Counted from the first letter of the stretch, positions 1 through 10,195 are shown. The stretch is DNA of 64,000 nt from Alkalispirochaeta sp. (GCA_965242725.1 CBDESZ010000025.1:128001-192000); one strand, 5' to 3'. The notes: generated by a model not told the origin, from the sequence alone. Translations and numbers: made by a program.

Positions 1-950
1 GGAAGTAGGCATGACTGAAGAAGACGCCCGGGTGGTCGCGGACGTCCTTATTTTTGCCGATTTGAGGGGTACCCACTCCCACGGCGTCCTGCGGGTTGAG
101 CATTACGCCAATCGCGTGCGCAAAGGCGGCATGAATCTGAATCCCGACCTGTCGGTACAACAGATACGCCCCGCCGTGGGACTGATCAACGCCGACGGTG
201 GTATCGGTCACGTGGCTGCAAAAAAGGCGACCCAGTTTGCCATTGAAGCGGCGCGCACGCACGGTATCGGTCTCGTGGGCATTCAGAACAGCAGCCATTG
301 CGGCGCCCTCGCATATTACGTCGACATGGCGATCAACGAAAAAATGATGGCGATGGTTACCGCCAACACCGATGCATGTGTCGTTCCTTTCGGCGGGGGG
401 AAGCCCTTTTTCGGCACCAACCCCTTCGCATTCGGCTTTCCCGGCCGGACCGACTCCATGCTTCTGGACATGGCAACCAGCGAGGTAGCCTTCGGCAAGA
501 TTTTCTACGCCCGGGAAAAGAAGATCGCCATTCCCCGAGGGGTGGGCGGTCACCAAGGACGGAGAGCCCACCACCGACGCCGACGCGGCGTTCTCCCTCT
601 TCCCCTTCGGCGGACACAAGGGATACGGCATCAACATGATGGTGGAGGCGCTGACGGGACTGCTTGTGGGCGGCGTATTCGGTCCTCACGTTCGTCCGAT
701 GTACGCGCAGCTCGAGACGTATCGCAACCTTTCAAGTTTTCACCTGGTCATCGACCCGACAATTTTCATCGGCGAAAATGTCTACGCCACGGCGCAGCAG
801 ATGATCGACGAACTCCACGCTCAGCAGCCGGCGCCCGGATTTGAGGGTGTGAAACTGCCCGGTGAAATTGAAGCGCAGACGATGAAAGAGTCCCTCATCA
901 AGGGTATCTCCATTCCCAAGACAATTTACGACTTTCTTTCACAGGAATAG
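1..950 (+). pseudogene. Ldh_2-family oxidoreductase (AllD/YjmC/YiaK-like), 5'-truncated by the window edge, with a +1 frameshift at ~533-536
   Basis: Motifs ADLRGTHSHGV, NSSHCGAL, GTNPFAF and LDMATS lie in ORF 11..844. The expected continuation (EGWAVTKDGEPTTD..PFGGHKGYG..MVEALTG) is in another frame ending at 950. Removing one C from ATTCCCCGAG restores the frame. May be a sequencing error. Confidence 0.8.
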
Positions 951-959
951 GAGGCAGTC

Positions 960-1484
960 GTGACTCAACGGTCCGAATCTATTGTACGGGTGATGGGGTA
1001 TATCAACCACGCGATTCTCGTGGTTGAGAAGTCCGTCCTCGTCATCCTCATGGTGGGGATGCTCGTCTTCGGCTTTCTCCAGGTTTTTTCCCGCTTTGTA
1101 TTAAAGGCGCCGATCGGGTGGTCCGAGGAGCTTCTCACCTATTCCTTTACATGGGCGAGCTTTATGGGCGCCAGTATGGCGATCTATACAAACTCCCATT
1201 TTTCGGTTGATCTGGTGACAAAGCACTTTTCCCCCCGGCTGCTCAAGGGAGTCCGTATCCTGATCTGGCTGCTCATTTGCATATTTTCGCTCTTTCTTCT
1301 GGTCATGGGAACGCGACTGGCCCTGGCAAACACGATACAGCGTATGAATATTCTTCCGATTTCAATGTTCTGGGCGTATCTCGCGATGCCCGTGGCGGGT
1401 GCGTTCATTTTCATTCACGGAGTCGAGAAGACGACGGAAGTGATTCTCAACATCGAATCTGAAGAGGTGGAGGACGACGAATGA
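960..1484 (+). CDS. dctQ: TRAP transporter small permease
   Basis: About 4 TM segments, WSEEL and HFSVD motifs, GGAGG SD, adjacent to DctM/DctP. Confidence 0.9.
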   Translation: MTQRSESIVRVMGYINHAILVVEKSVLVILMVGMLVFGFLQVFSRFVLKAPIGWSEELLTYSFTWASFMGASMAIYTNSHFSVDLVTKHFSPRLLKGVRILIWLLICIFSLFLLVMGTRLALANTIQRMNILPISMFWAYLAMPVAGAFIFIHGVEKTTEVILNIESEEVEDDE

Positions 1485-2764
1485 TTGCCACACTGTTTTT
1501 GACCTTTGTCGTCCTGCTGATCCTGGAAATGCCGGTATCCTTTTCCCTCCTCATTTCCACGGTCGTTTCCATGGCGGTATTCAGCGATATCGATCTCTTT
1601 GCAATTGTCGTGAAGATGTTCCGTGCCAGCAGCAATTTCAGCCTGATCGCCGTACCCTTCTTCATTCTGGCGGGGGGCTTCATGGACAGCGGCGGAATTT
1701 CCCGGCGCCTGGTAACCTTTGCCTCCAACATCATCGGCCACATACGAGGCGGCCTTGCCAACGCGAGCGTCATGGCTGCCATGTTCTTTGCCGGTCTTTC
1801 AGGCGCAGCGGCGGCGGATACGGCAGCCGTCGGAAGCCTCCTGATTCCCGCGATGAAGCGCAAGGGCTACGGGAAGGATATCGCTACCAGCGTCATGGCA
1901 ACTGCAGGCTCCATCGGAATCGTCATTCCCCCGAGCATCCCCATGATTATCCTGGGTGTAACCGCAGGTATATCAATCGGCGGAATGTTCATGGGTGGAA
2001 TCCTTCCGGGTGTTCTCATCGGTGTCTTTCTCATGGCGGTGAACATCATTTATACCAAAGTCAGAAAGATCGATCCCGAGCCGAGGGCGACGGTGCGGGA
2101 GATGCTCCGTTCCTTTGCGGATTCCTTTCTCGCCCTCTTTACGGTGGTCATCATCGTCGGGGGAATCACCGCCGGCATCTTTACCGCCACCGAGGCGTCC
2201 GTCGTCGCGGCGCTCTACGCCTTTATCGTCGGATTCTTCGTCTACAAGGAACTGAAATTCAGGGATCTGCCGAAAGTGCTCGTCAAGTCGGCGCTCACAA
2301 CGGGAGTCGTGGTTCTTACAATCGCCGCAGCCGCCAGTTTCGGATGGGTCCTTGCAGCGGAGCAGATACCGACGCAGATCGCCAATTTTCTCGTCTCAAT
2401 CACCGACAGCAAGTGGTTGCTCCTGATACTGATCAACTTGCTCTTTGTCGTCCTGGGAACCTTTCTTGATCCTTCCGCGATCATTATCATCGTCGTTCCC
2501 ATCATCTGGCCGGTGGTTCAGACCCTGGGGATTCATCCCATTCATTTCGGCGTCATGACGATCGTCAATATGGCGATCGGTCAATGTACGCCCCCTGTCG
2601 GTGTCGCCCTCTTTGTCGCATCGGGTATTTCCGGCGCCAGGCTGAGCGACATGATGGGTACCTATATGAGGTATATCGGTTCCATGGTGCTTGTGTTGCT
2701 CCTGGTCATCTTTATACCCGCAATTTCGCTCTGGATACCTGGTCTGACCGGGTATATCCGATAA
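1481..2764 (+). CDS. dctM: TRAP transporter large permease
   Basis: AVPFFILAG, IPPSIPMI, FTATEAS and TPPVG motifs; ATGA overlap with dctQ. Confidence 0.95.
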   Translation: MIATLFLTFVVLLILEMPVSFSLLISTVVSMAVFSDIDLFAIVVKMFRASSNFSLIAVPFFILAGGFMDSGGISRRLVTFASNIIGHIRGGLANASVMAAMFFAGLSGAAAADTAAVGSLLIPAMKRKGYGKDIATSVMATAGSIGIVIPPSIPMIILGVTAGISIGGMFMGGILPGVLIGVFLMAVNIIYTKVRKIDPEPRATVREMLRSFADSFLALFTVVIIVGGITAGIFTATEASVVAALYAFIVGFFVYKELKFRDLPKVLVKSALTTGVVVLTIAAAASFGWVLAAEQIPTQIANFLVSITDSKWLLLILINLLFVVLGTFLDPSAIIIIVVPIIWPVVQTLGIHPIHFGVMTIVNMAIGQCTPPVGVALFVASGISGARLSDMMGTYMRYIGSMVLVLLLVIFIPAISLWIPGLTGYIR

Positions 2765-2785
2765 AAAAATTCTTCTGGAGGTTTT

Positions 2786-3784
2786 ATGAAGAAGTTTGGT
2801 GCAGTACTGGTATTGGCCCTCGTCGCAACGTTCGTGTTTGCCGGCGGACAGGGTGAAGGATCTTCGGCAGATAAGCCGATGACACTCAGAGTCACAAACA
2901 CCCTGCCCATGGATCACCCCATGAACATGGCGTTGCAGGTTTTTTCAGACGGCGTTGCCGAGCGGACCGAGGGGCGTATTTCGGTGGAAATTTTCCCCAA
3001 TAGTCAGCTTGGTGGAAACGAGGAAATGGTTGAAGGTGTGCAACTCGGCACCATCGACATGGCCAACCAGTTTGCCGGCGCCTTTGCAAACTACGTTCCG
3101 GAAATGGAAGTCCTCGCCCTGGCGTTCCTCTTCCAGTCGGAAGAACACCTCTATGCGTCTCTCAATGGAGAGCCCGGTGATATCCTCGCCGACGCGCTTC
3201 TCGAGAAGGGCTTTGTTCCCCTCGGATACTTCTACGGCGGATCCAGAAGTCTCATGAACAACGTACGTCCCATCAATCGTCCGTCGGACCTCAACGGTCT
3301 GAAGATCCGGACCATTCCTACCAATATCACCCTGGAAGGAATCAACCGCATGGGCGCAATCGCAACTCCCATGAGCCAGGCCGACGTATACTCGGCACTG
3401 GAGCAGGGCGTTCTTGACGGCTGGGAAAACAGCCCCATCACCCTCTACACCCTGCGTCTCCATGAAGTGACAAAGTACGTCTCCTGGACGCGCCACTTCA
3501 TGACCCCCGACCTCTTCGCCATTTCGGCCAAGACGTGGGCAAAGCTTTCCGACGCCGACAAGGCGATCATCCGGGAAGAGGCTCAGAAGGCGGTCGAGTA
3601 TGAACGTGGTATCTGGGCGGAGAATTCCGCAGCAGCCGTTGAAGCGCTCCTTGAAGAAGGGGTTGAATTCAACGACGTTGCAGATCTCGACGCATTCCGG
3701 GAAGCAACCAGCTCCCTCTGGGACGAGTACGAGGCAAAATACCAGAACGGCCTCATTGACGCCGTTCTCGCCGCAGCGGAATAA
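2786..3784 (+). CDS. dctP: TRAP transporter substrate-binding protein
   Basis: Signal peptide, FPNSQLG, DLNGLKIR and YSALEQGVLDGWEN motifs; GGAGG SD. Confidence 0.95.
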   Translation: MKKFGAVLVLALVATFVFAGGQGEGSSADKPMTLRVTNTLPMDHPMNMALQVFSDGVAERTEGRISVEIFPNSQLGGNEEMVEGVQLGTIDMANQFAGAFANYVPEMEVLALAFLFQSEEHLYASLNGEPGDILADALLEKGFVPLGYFYGGSRSLMNNVRPINRPSDLNGLKIRTIPTNITLEGINRMGAIATPMSQADVYSALEQGVLDGWENSPITLYTLRLHEVTKYVSWTRHFMTPDLFAISAKTWAKLSDADKAIIREEAQKAVEYERGIWAENSAAAVEALLEEGVEFNDVADLDAFREATSSLWDEYEAKYQNGLIDAVLAAAE

Positions 3785-3806
3785 TTCCGCGCGGTAACTG
3801 CAGAGC

Positions 3807-3838
3807 AAGGCAGGACTTTCGGGTCCTGCCTTTTCTTT
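3807..3838 (+). terminator. Rho-independent terminator after dctP
   Basis: GGCAGGAC(T)-TTCG-(G)GTCCTGCC hairpin followed by TTTTCTTT. Confidence 0.85.
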
Positions 3839-3863
3839 CCCGTCAGATGAGCATGAGGCACAC

Positions 3864-4328
3864 ATGATCTATGGAAACATCAACCTGCCGGTAAGCGTGG
3901 CTACCACGCCGCCGGTGATACAACGGGCGTTGACCTATCTCAAGGAGACCGACCTTGAGGCCCTCGATTTCGGCGTCTATGAGCCTGACAGGGATTTTTC
4001 CGTTCAGGTTATCGATCTAACCACAAGGGAAAAATCCGATGCCAAGGCGGAGATACACCGTAAAAAACTCGATATTCACTTCTCAATAACCGGGGAAGAG
4101 ACGGTCTACTGCCGCGTTCACCCGACGGATCAACCCATCGCGGATGATCAGTTTGCCGATCGGGACATCGGTTTCTATGATAGCATGGACGAAGAGGTGG
4201 AATTCCCCCTGCAGCGCGGCGATTTCGTCGTCTTCTTTCCCGGGGAGATCCACAGACCGGGTTGCAGGAAGGACCAGGTGAAACGGATAAAAAAAATAGT
4301 TGTCAAAATAGCGGGAGAGCTCGTGTAG
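3864..4328 (+). CDS. YhcH/YjgK/YiaL family protein
   Basis: EIHRKKLDIH, FFPGEIHRP and KKIVVKI motifs. Confidence 0.9.
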   Translation: MIYGNINLPVSVATTPPVIQRALTYLKETDLEALDFGVYEPDRDFSVQVIDLTTREKSDAKAEIHRKKLDIHFSITGEETVYCRVHPTDQPIADDQFADRDIGFYDSMDEEVEFPLQRGDFVVFFPGEIHRPGCRKDQVKRIKKIVVKIAGELV

Positions 4329-4338
4329 CGGTACCGAT

Positions 4339-5331
4339 GTGAATATTTACGATATTGCAGCCAAAGCGGGCGTCTCGATCTCGACGGTATCCCGTGTCCT
4401 GAACAACCACCCCAATGTGAAAAAGGATACACGGGAGCGGGTGCTCGCCGTATTGGAGAAGCATAACTACGTCCCCAGCGCGGTTGCCCAGAGCCTCGTG
4501 AATAAATCAACCCGTGCTATCGGCGTCATGGTGCTCGACATTCGTCATTTGCACTATGCAAACATCGCCTTCACCATTGAACAGAAGTTGAGCGCCTACG
4601 GGTATAACGCGATTCTCTGTAATACCGGCTATGACAGTGAGAAGATGGTCGACTATATCCGTGTCCTTGCGGAAAAGCAGGTGGACGGCGTTATTATGGT
4701 CGGTTCCATTCTTTCCTGCGCGGTCATAGAGACGAGCATCGACAGATTCCTCAGGAACACGCCCGTGGTTATGCACAATACCACGATCCGCAGACCCAAT
4801 ATCTACAACATTTCCACCGAAGAGACTCACGGTATCGTCCTTGCCATGGACTATTTTGTGGGAGAAAAGGGAATCCGTGAGGTCGCCTTCGTTCAGGATT
4901 ACGAAACCACGGTAGGTTACGGGAAGCAGCGCGTCTACAGGGATAAACTTGAAGAATACAACATCCCTTATACCAAGGAACTCGTCGTGCGGACCACGAG
5001 CGGAATCGAGGGGGGAGTCACCGCGGCGGACACATTGTTGGACCGGGGCGTTCCCTTCCGGGCGCTTACCGGCTGCGACGATCTCACCTGCCTCGGGGCA
5101 ATGCGACGGTTTCAGGAACGGGGGGTCCGGGTGCCCGACGACGTCGAGATCATCGGCTTCAACAATACGGTCTTTTCCCGGATTTCCAGTCCCGCCCTGA
5201 CGGTGGTGGACAACAAGGAAGAGACAACGGGCATTATGCTTGCCAGAACGATGGCGGACATTCTCAGACAACGGGACGTTCCCGCCCAGATGCTGATATA
5301 CCCGGAACTGATTCTGCGGGAAACGACGTGA
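4339..5331 (+). CDS. LacI family transcriptional regulator
   Basis: N-terminal IYDIAAKAGVSISTVSRVLN HTH; C-terminal VPDDVEIIGFNN and LILRET. Confidence 0.95.
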   Translation: MNIYDIAAKAGVSISTVSRVLNNHPNVKKDTRERVLAVLEKHNYVPSAVAQSLVNKSTRAIGVMVLDIRHLHYANIAFTIEQKLSAYGYNAILCNTGYDSEKMVDYIRVLAEKQVDGVIMVGSILSCAVIETSIDRFLRNTPVVMHNTTIRRPNIYNISTEETHGIVLAMDYFVGEKGIREVAFVQDYETTVGYGKQRVYRDKLEEYNIPYTKELVVRTTSGIEGGVTAADTLLDRGVPFRALTGCDDLTCLGAMRRFQERGVRVPDDVEIIGFNNTVFSRISSPALTVVDNKEETTGIMLARTMADILRQRDVPAQMLIYPELILRETT

Positions 5332-5344
5332 AAGAGAGACGACA

Positions 5345-6385
5345 ATGAATGTATTTCCACATCAACAGCTGCATGCATGGGCGACAGAAATACTGCATGC
5401 CGCGGGAATGGAACGGGATGTCGCGGCGATCGTTGCAACGATCCTTGTAGAAGCCGACCTTATGGGCCATTCCACCCACGGATTGGCCCTCGTGCCCCCG
5501 TATGCAGCGGAACTCCGATCCGGAAAAATGGGCACCGGCGGCGTCTACGATACGATAAGCGATCGCCCCGGCGCCGTCGTCTGGGACGGTGCCTATTCGT
5601 CGGGCGTCTTTCTGACGGCCCGCGCAATCGATGAAGGGTTGAGGAGAATTGATGACACACCCGTTGTCACCTTTGCGATACGACGCGCACACCATATCGG
5701 ATGCCTTGCGGCGTACATGCCCCGGGTGATCGAGAGAGGAAAGATTGCGATCATCGCCGCTTCCGACCCAAACGCGGCGATCGTTGCGCCCTTCGGCGGC
5801 AGGACGGCGGTGTACTCCCCCAATCCCGTTGCCATCGGTGTTCCCGCCGGACCGTCGGGGCCCATTATTGTCGATATCAGCACCTCCGTGACCGCTGCCG
5901 GCGTCGTAAATGCGCACCGACGGCAGAATACTCCGCTTCCCGGGCGATGGCTCCTCGACGGTGAGGGCAACGCGACTGATGATCCGGCGGCATTGAGCGG
6001 CGACCCTCCCGGTACGATTTTGCCTCTCGGCGGTATCGACGCGGGATACAAGGGATACGCTCTTGGACTGATGGTGGAAGCTCTGACGTCGGGGCTCGCC
6101 GGGTTTGGACGTCGGAATGGACCGACCAACTGGGGTACGTCGGTTTTTGTACAGCTTTTTGACCCGGAGGCTTTCGGCGGTCTTGAGAATCTTGAAGCGG
6201 AAATGGCGTGGACGACTGCCGCCTGTCGCGCCGCCGAACCTCGGGAAGGGTATGAGCGTGTCCGTGTTCCCGGAGACCGCGCCCTTCAGCTGAAAGCGCA
6301 GCAGATGCGGGACGGCGTCGTCCTTTCAGACGCGATCGTCGAGGGAATCAGAAAAACCGCGGAAGCAGTTGGAGTTGACTTATGA
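5345..6385 (+). CDS. Ldh_2-family (malate/L-lactate/L-sulfolactate-like) oxidoreductase
   Basis: EADLMGHSTHGL, HHIGCL, DISTS, GYKGYAL and RVPG motifs. Confidence 0.9.
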   Translation: MNVFPHQQLHAWATEILHAAGMERDVAAIVATILVEADLMGHSTHGLALVPPYAAELRSGKMGTGGVYDTISDRPGAVVWDGAYSSGVFLTARAIDEGLRRIDDTPVVTFAIRRAHHIGCLAAYMPRVIERGKIAIIAASDPNAAIVAPFGGRTAVYSPNPVAIGVPAGPSGPIIVDISTSVTAAGVVNAHRRQNTPLPGRWLLDGEGNATDDPAALSGDPPGTILPLGGIDAGYKGYALGLMVEALTSGLAGFGRRNGPTNWGTSVFVQLFDPEAFGGLENLEAEMAWTTAACRAAEPREGYERVRVPGDRALQLKAQQMRDGVVLSDAIVEGIRKTAEAVGVDL

Positions 6386-7368
6386 GCGAAATGGTACGGT
6401 GGGGAATTATCGGTGCCGGTGACGTCTGTGAAAAAAAGAGCGGTCCCGGTCTCTACAAAGCGCCGGGGTCCCGGCTCACTGCGATCACCAAACGAAGTGA
6501 AGAGGCGGCCCGGGATTTTGCGGCCCGCCACAACGTCGGGCGGTGGTACACCGATCCGGAACGATTGATACACGATCCGGAGGTCGATGTCGTGTATGTC
6601 GCCACACCGCCCCATCTTCATCGGCAATTTGCCGAGGCGGCGATGAACGCGGGGAAATCGGTGCTTGTTGAAAAACCGATGGCCACCAGTGCGGTCGATT
6701 GCGACGCAATGATTGAATGCGCCCGGGCAAACGGCGTTTCCCTCTGGGTCGCTTACTATCGCCGGGGACTACAGAAATTCATCGATATCAAGGACGCCCT
6801 GGACTCGGGAGCGATCGGAACGCCGAACAGCGTCATTGTGGAGTTCAGCCAGAATCGTGACCGCTACAGCGGCTCAGGCGACAATGAGTTGTGGCGGGTC
6901 AATCCGGAATCGGCGGGCGCGGGAATCGTCGCCGATATGGGCAGCCACATGCTTGATCTGGTGGACTGGTTCCTCGGGCCCTTGTCCTCCGTTCACGCCG
7001 TCGCGGTCAATCGTGCCGGCGACTATGACGCGGAGGACGTGGTGACTGCGGCGTTCACCACGGGCGGTCCCGCCGTCGGCGCCGCCATATGGGACTTTTC
7101 CGGACGGATGGAAGTGGACCGGACGGTCATTCGCGGCAGCGAGGGGACGATCGAGTTTTCAACATTTGATGACGCCCCCGCCCGTTTGACGAAGGACGGA
7201 GTCACCGTCGAAATGGTCCGTCGCCCCTTTCCTGAACACGTGCATCAGCCGCTCATCGAGCTGATTCTTGAAGAGATCAGGGGCGGCGCCCCTGCGCCGA
7301 CTACCGCCACGAGCGGTGCACGAACGAACCGAGTGCTCGACGCCCTTGTTGCGTCGTACTACCGCTGA
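6382..7368 (+). CDS. Gfo/Idh/MocA family oxidoreductase
   Basis: WGIIGAG, VYVATPP, VEKPMA and DMGSH motifs; ATGA overlap. Confidence 0.92.
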   Translation: MSEMVRWGIIGAGDVCEKKSGPGLYKAPGSRLTAITKRSEEAARDFAARHNVGRWYTDPERLIHDPEVDVVYVATPPHLHRQFAEAAMNAGKSVLVEKPMATSAVDCDAMIECARANGVSLWVAYYRRGLQKFIDIKDALDSGAIGTPNSVIVEFSQNRDRYSGSGDNELWRVNPESAGAGIVADMGSHMLDLVDWFLGPLSSVHAVAVNRAGDYDAEDVVTAAFTTGGPAVGAAIWDFSGRMEVDRTVIRGSEGTIEFSTFDDAPARLTKDGVTVEMVRRPFPEHVHQPLIELILEEIRGGAPAPTTATSGARTNRVLDALVASYYR

Positions 7369-7391
7369 AGGGTGGATACCGACGGGGCGTT

Positions 7392-8138
7392 CTAACGGAC
7401 CGGGGTGGAGCGGGCGTACCATCGTGTCGCCTCCGTCACCTCTTCCATTGAGAACTGATGACCTCCGTCACTCCAGAGTGCCGTGAGGTCGGCTCCGCTC
7501 TCTTCCAGAATCTCAATGAGCCGTTCCGTCGACTCCCGGGGAATCATCGTATCCCGGCGCCCTGCGGCGATGAATACCGGTTTTCCCGTGAGATCGGGGT
7601 TTTGGTCGGGAGTCAGTGGAAGCATCGGGCGCAACAGAACCGCGCCGGCGGCGACATCGGGATAGAGCAGTAGCATCGCCGCCGCCATATTTGCGCCGTT
7701 GGAGAACCCGAGCATCCAGAGGTTCTCCCCCGCAATGTCCCGTTTTTCAGAAAGTTCCCTGATGAACAGCCGCAGCTCCTCCGCCCGTCTCCGTATGTCG
7801 TCCACGTCAAGGACGCCGGCGGCGTGACGGGCAAACCACCTGTTCATGCCGTTTTCCGGTGCCCGGCCCCGGGGACTCACGAGGAGAGCGGTCGGGGCGA
7901 TGTGGCCCCCCAATTCCAGTAAATCATATTCGTCGCCGCCGGTACCGTGAAGAAGGAGTAGGGTCGTCGGTGATCGCTCCTCTTCCGTTCCGCCGGCGCC
8001 GATAATCGACTGCTCCGCCGCAGCGGTGAATCCGACGGCCTCACCATGACGGCCGGGAGGCGACGTGACATAGGTAAAACCCGCAAGTTTTTCCATTGGG
8101 TATACAGGACGTTGTGGTTCCATATCGATTCCTTTCAT
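7392..8138 (-). CDS. alpha/beta hydrolase (MhqD-like carboxylesterase)
   Basis: LLLHGTGGDE, nucleophile motif GFSNGA, GGH; coupled to the upstream dioxygenase by an ATGA overlap. Confidence 0.88.
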   Translation of the reverse strand: MKGIDMEPQRPVYPMEKLAGFTYVTSPPGRHGEAVGFTAAAEQSIIGAGGTEEERSPTTLLLLHGTGGDEYDLLELGGHIAPTALLVSPRGRAPENGMNRWFARHAAGVLDVDDIRRRAEELRLFIRELSEKRDIAGENLWMLGFSNGANMAAAMLLLYPDVAAGAVLLRPMLPLTPDQNPDLTGKPVFIAAGRRDTMIPRESTERLIEILEESGADLTALWSDGGHQFSMEEVTEATRWYARSTPVR

Positions 8139-9097
8139 GCCCGGGTTGCCCGGGAGGCGCTGCGCAGCGTCGGGAGGGTCGCCTCTATCGCCGCGCGTTG
8201 TTCTTCGTACCAGGGAGGGAGGACCAGCGTCTCTCCCAGATGATCCATGTCTTCATCGACGCCGAAGCCGGGGCCGTCGGTGGCGATTTCACAGAGCGCT
8301 CCCGAAGGTTCCCGAACGTACACCGACTTGAACCAGAAACGATCGACGACGCCTGAGGTGCGTCCGCCGTTTTCAATGATCTGTCGTTCCACGGCGAGCT
8401 CGCTCCGGTCGTCGGGGACGCGAAACGCCACGTGATGGACCGATCCGACCCCCCATGTTCCCCTCGGTGCATCGGGATCGACAAGGATATCGAGACGCTG
8501 GCCGCCGAGCCCTTCACCGACGGCATATCTGCGGCGTCCCCGCTCCTCCTTGCGGAAGGTGAATCCAAAGGCACCTCCGAGAAAGTCCGCGGTTGCCGCT
8601 TCCGATCGAAGGGTGATCGTCACCGCCCCCAATGCGCGAATTTGCCGCTCTTCCGGGACCGGTGAATTCTTCCAAGGTGAAAATTCGAAGGTACTGTACG
8701 GCTCGGTCGCGACAAGGGAGAGGGACATTCCGTGGGGATCGGAAAAGGGCAGGACCGTTTCACCGAATCGCTCCTCCCGGGGCCCCACGGTCACACCGGC
8801 GTCGGTGAGGCGGCGTTCCCACCAGTCGAGAGCATCCGGCGGAACGACAAAACTGACCTCTCCCCATACACCCGCACCGATACGCCCCGGGCCCATGGCG
8901 GGCCACGGGAAAAAGGTGAGATCCGTTCCGGGATGACCCTCATCGTCTGCAAAAAAGAGGTGGTACGTGTCGGGGGCATCCTGATTGATCGACTTTTTAA
9001 CCAGGCGCAAACCCAGTACTCCAACGTAGAAATCGAGATTTTCTTGCGGCGCACCGGCGATTGCGGTGATATGATGTATGCCGTTTACAGATGTCAT
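8135..9097 (-). CDS. Ring-cleaving dioxygenase, glyoxalase/VOC family (MhqO/MhqA-like)
   Basis: GIHHITAIAG, INQDAPDTYHLF, HHVAFR, DRFWFKSVY and EIATDGPG motifs; start set at 9097 from the AAGGAGAG SD. Confidence 0.92.
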   Translation of the reverse strand: MTSVNGIHHITAIAGAPQENLDFYVGVLGLRLVKKSINQDAPDTYHLFFADDEGHPGTDLTFFPWPAMGPGRIGAGVWGEVSFVVPPDALDWWERRLTDAGVTVGPREERFGETVLPFSDPHGMSLSLVATEPYSTFEFSPWKNSPVPEERQIRALGAVTITLRSEAATADFLGGAFGFTFRKEERGRRRYAVGEGLGGQRLDILVDPDAPRGTWGVGSVHHVAFRVPDDRSELAVERQIIENGGRTSGVVDRFWFKSVYVREPSGALCEIATDGPGFGVDEDMDHLGETLVLPPWYEEQRAAIEATLPTLRSASRATRA

Positions 9098-9262
9098 GAT
9101 CAACTCTCCTTGAATTGTCTGGTCATTTCCAATGCGTTTCCCGTACCGTTGGGGTACGGGAAAGAACGAAAATATCCGGCCCACGCCGCCTATTTTCGTA
9201 TTGGCTCTGTAGAAGGTCCGAAACCTTAGTAGAAACGTCAACTAAATGAAAGAGAGGAAAAA

Positions 9263-10195
9263 ATGCGATATGCAGTCTTTGGAACGGGAGGTGTTGGAGG
9301 ATATTTTGGCGGCCGACTGGCGGAGTCCGGTCGGGACGTCGTCTTCATCGCCCGGGGCGCCCACCTCGATGCGTTGCGCCGGGACGGCCTTGTCGTGTCG
9401 AGCGTGTCGGGAGATTTCACAATCTCTCCCGTGCAGTGTACGTCCTCCGCCGCGGAGGCGGGGCCGGTGGATGTGGTTATCCTGGGTGTGAAGGCGTGGC
9501 AGCTTGCAGAGGCGGCGGAGGCGATCAGCCCGCTCATCGGTCCCGGCACCGTGGTATTGCCGCTCGCCAACGGCGTTGAAGCGGCGGGTATTCTTTCACA
9601 GGTTCTCGGGAACGAGCACGTGCTCGGCGGATTGTGTGCAATCGTGAGCATGATCGAGGCGCCCGGGAAAATTCGTCACGCCGGCATCGATCCGGTGATT
9701 CGATTCGGGGAACTGGACAACCGCCGGAGTGAGCGGGTTCTGCAGATATATGACGACTTTTCAGCGTGTAAAGGCCTTACCGTCGAGGTACCCGAAAACA
9801 TTCACACCGCGCTGTGGCAGAAGTTTGTCTTCATCGCTCCATGGAGCAGTGTTGGGTCGGTTACACGGGTATCCATAGGGGTCATGCGGGAAACCGCGGA
9901 GTCCCGGGAGCTTCTCCTTTCCGTGCTCCATGAAGCGGTCGCGGTGGGACGCGCGGCGGGCGTCCCGTTACCACAAACCATTGAAGAGGATACGATTGCA
10001 ATGTATGACCGTGTGGCGTCGACGGGCACCGCCTCGATGCAGCGGGACGTTGCCGCGGGAAAGCCTTCGGAACTGGAGGCGCAGACCGGCGCAATTATCA
10101 GGCTTGGCGAGCACTACGGCGTCGCGACGCCGGCGGCGCGCTTCATATACCAGGCGCTCCGGCCGGGAGAACGGGTCGTCCGGAACGAGGTATAG
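9263..10195 (+). CDS. panE: 2-dehydropantoate 2-reductase
   Basis: GTGGVGGYFG, LANGVE, LWQKF and SMQRD..GKPSE motifs. Confidence 0.9.
   Translation: MRYAVFGTGGVGGYFGGRLAESGRDVVFIARGAHLDALRRDGLVVSSVSGDFTISPVQCTSSAAEAGPVDVVILGVKAWQLAEAAEAISPLIGPGTVVLPLANGVEAAGILSQVLGNEHVLGGLCAIVSMIEAPGKIRHAGIDPVIRFGELDNRRSERVLQIYDDFSACKGLTVEVPENIHTALWQKFVFIAPWSSVGSVTRVSIGVMRETAESRELLLSVLHEAVAVGRAAGVPLPQTIEEDTIAMYDRVASTGTASMQRDVAAGKPSELEAQTGAIIRLGEHYGVATPAARFIYQALRPGERVVRNEV

Noticed and set aside
2945..3865. Long antisense ORFs (e.g. 2945..3865, 23333..24274, 29730..30866, 45867..46889, 49806..50582)
   Set aside because: They shadow well-supported genes on the opposite strand, have no motifs, and are expected in GC-rich DNA.
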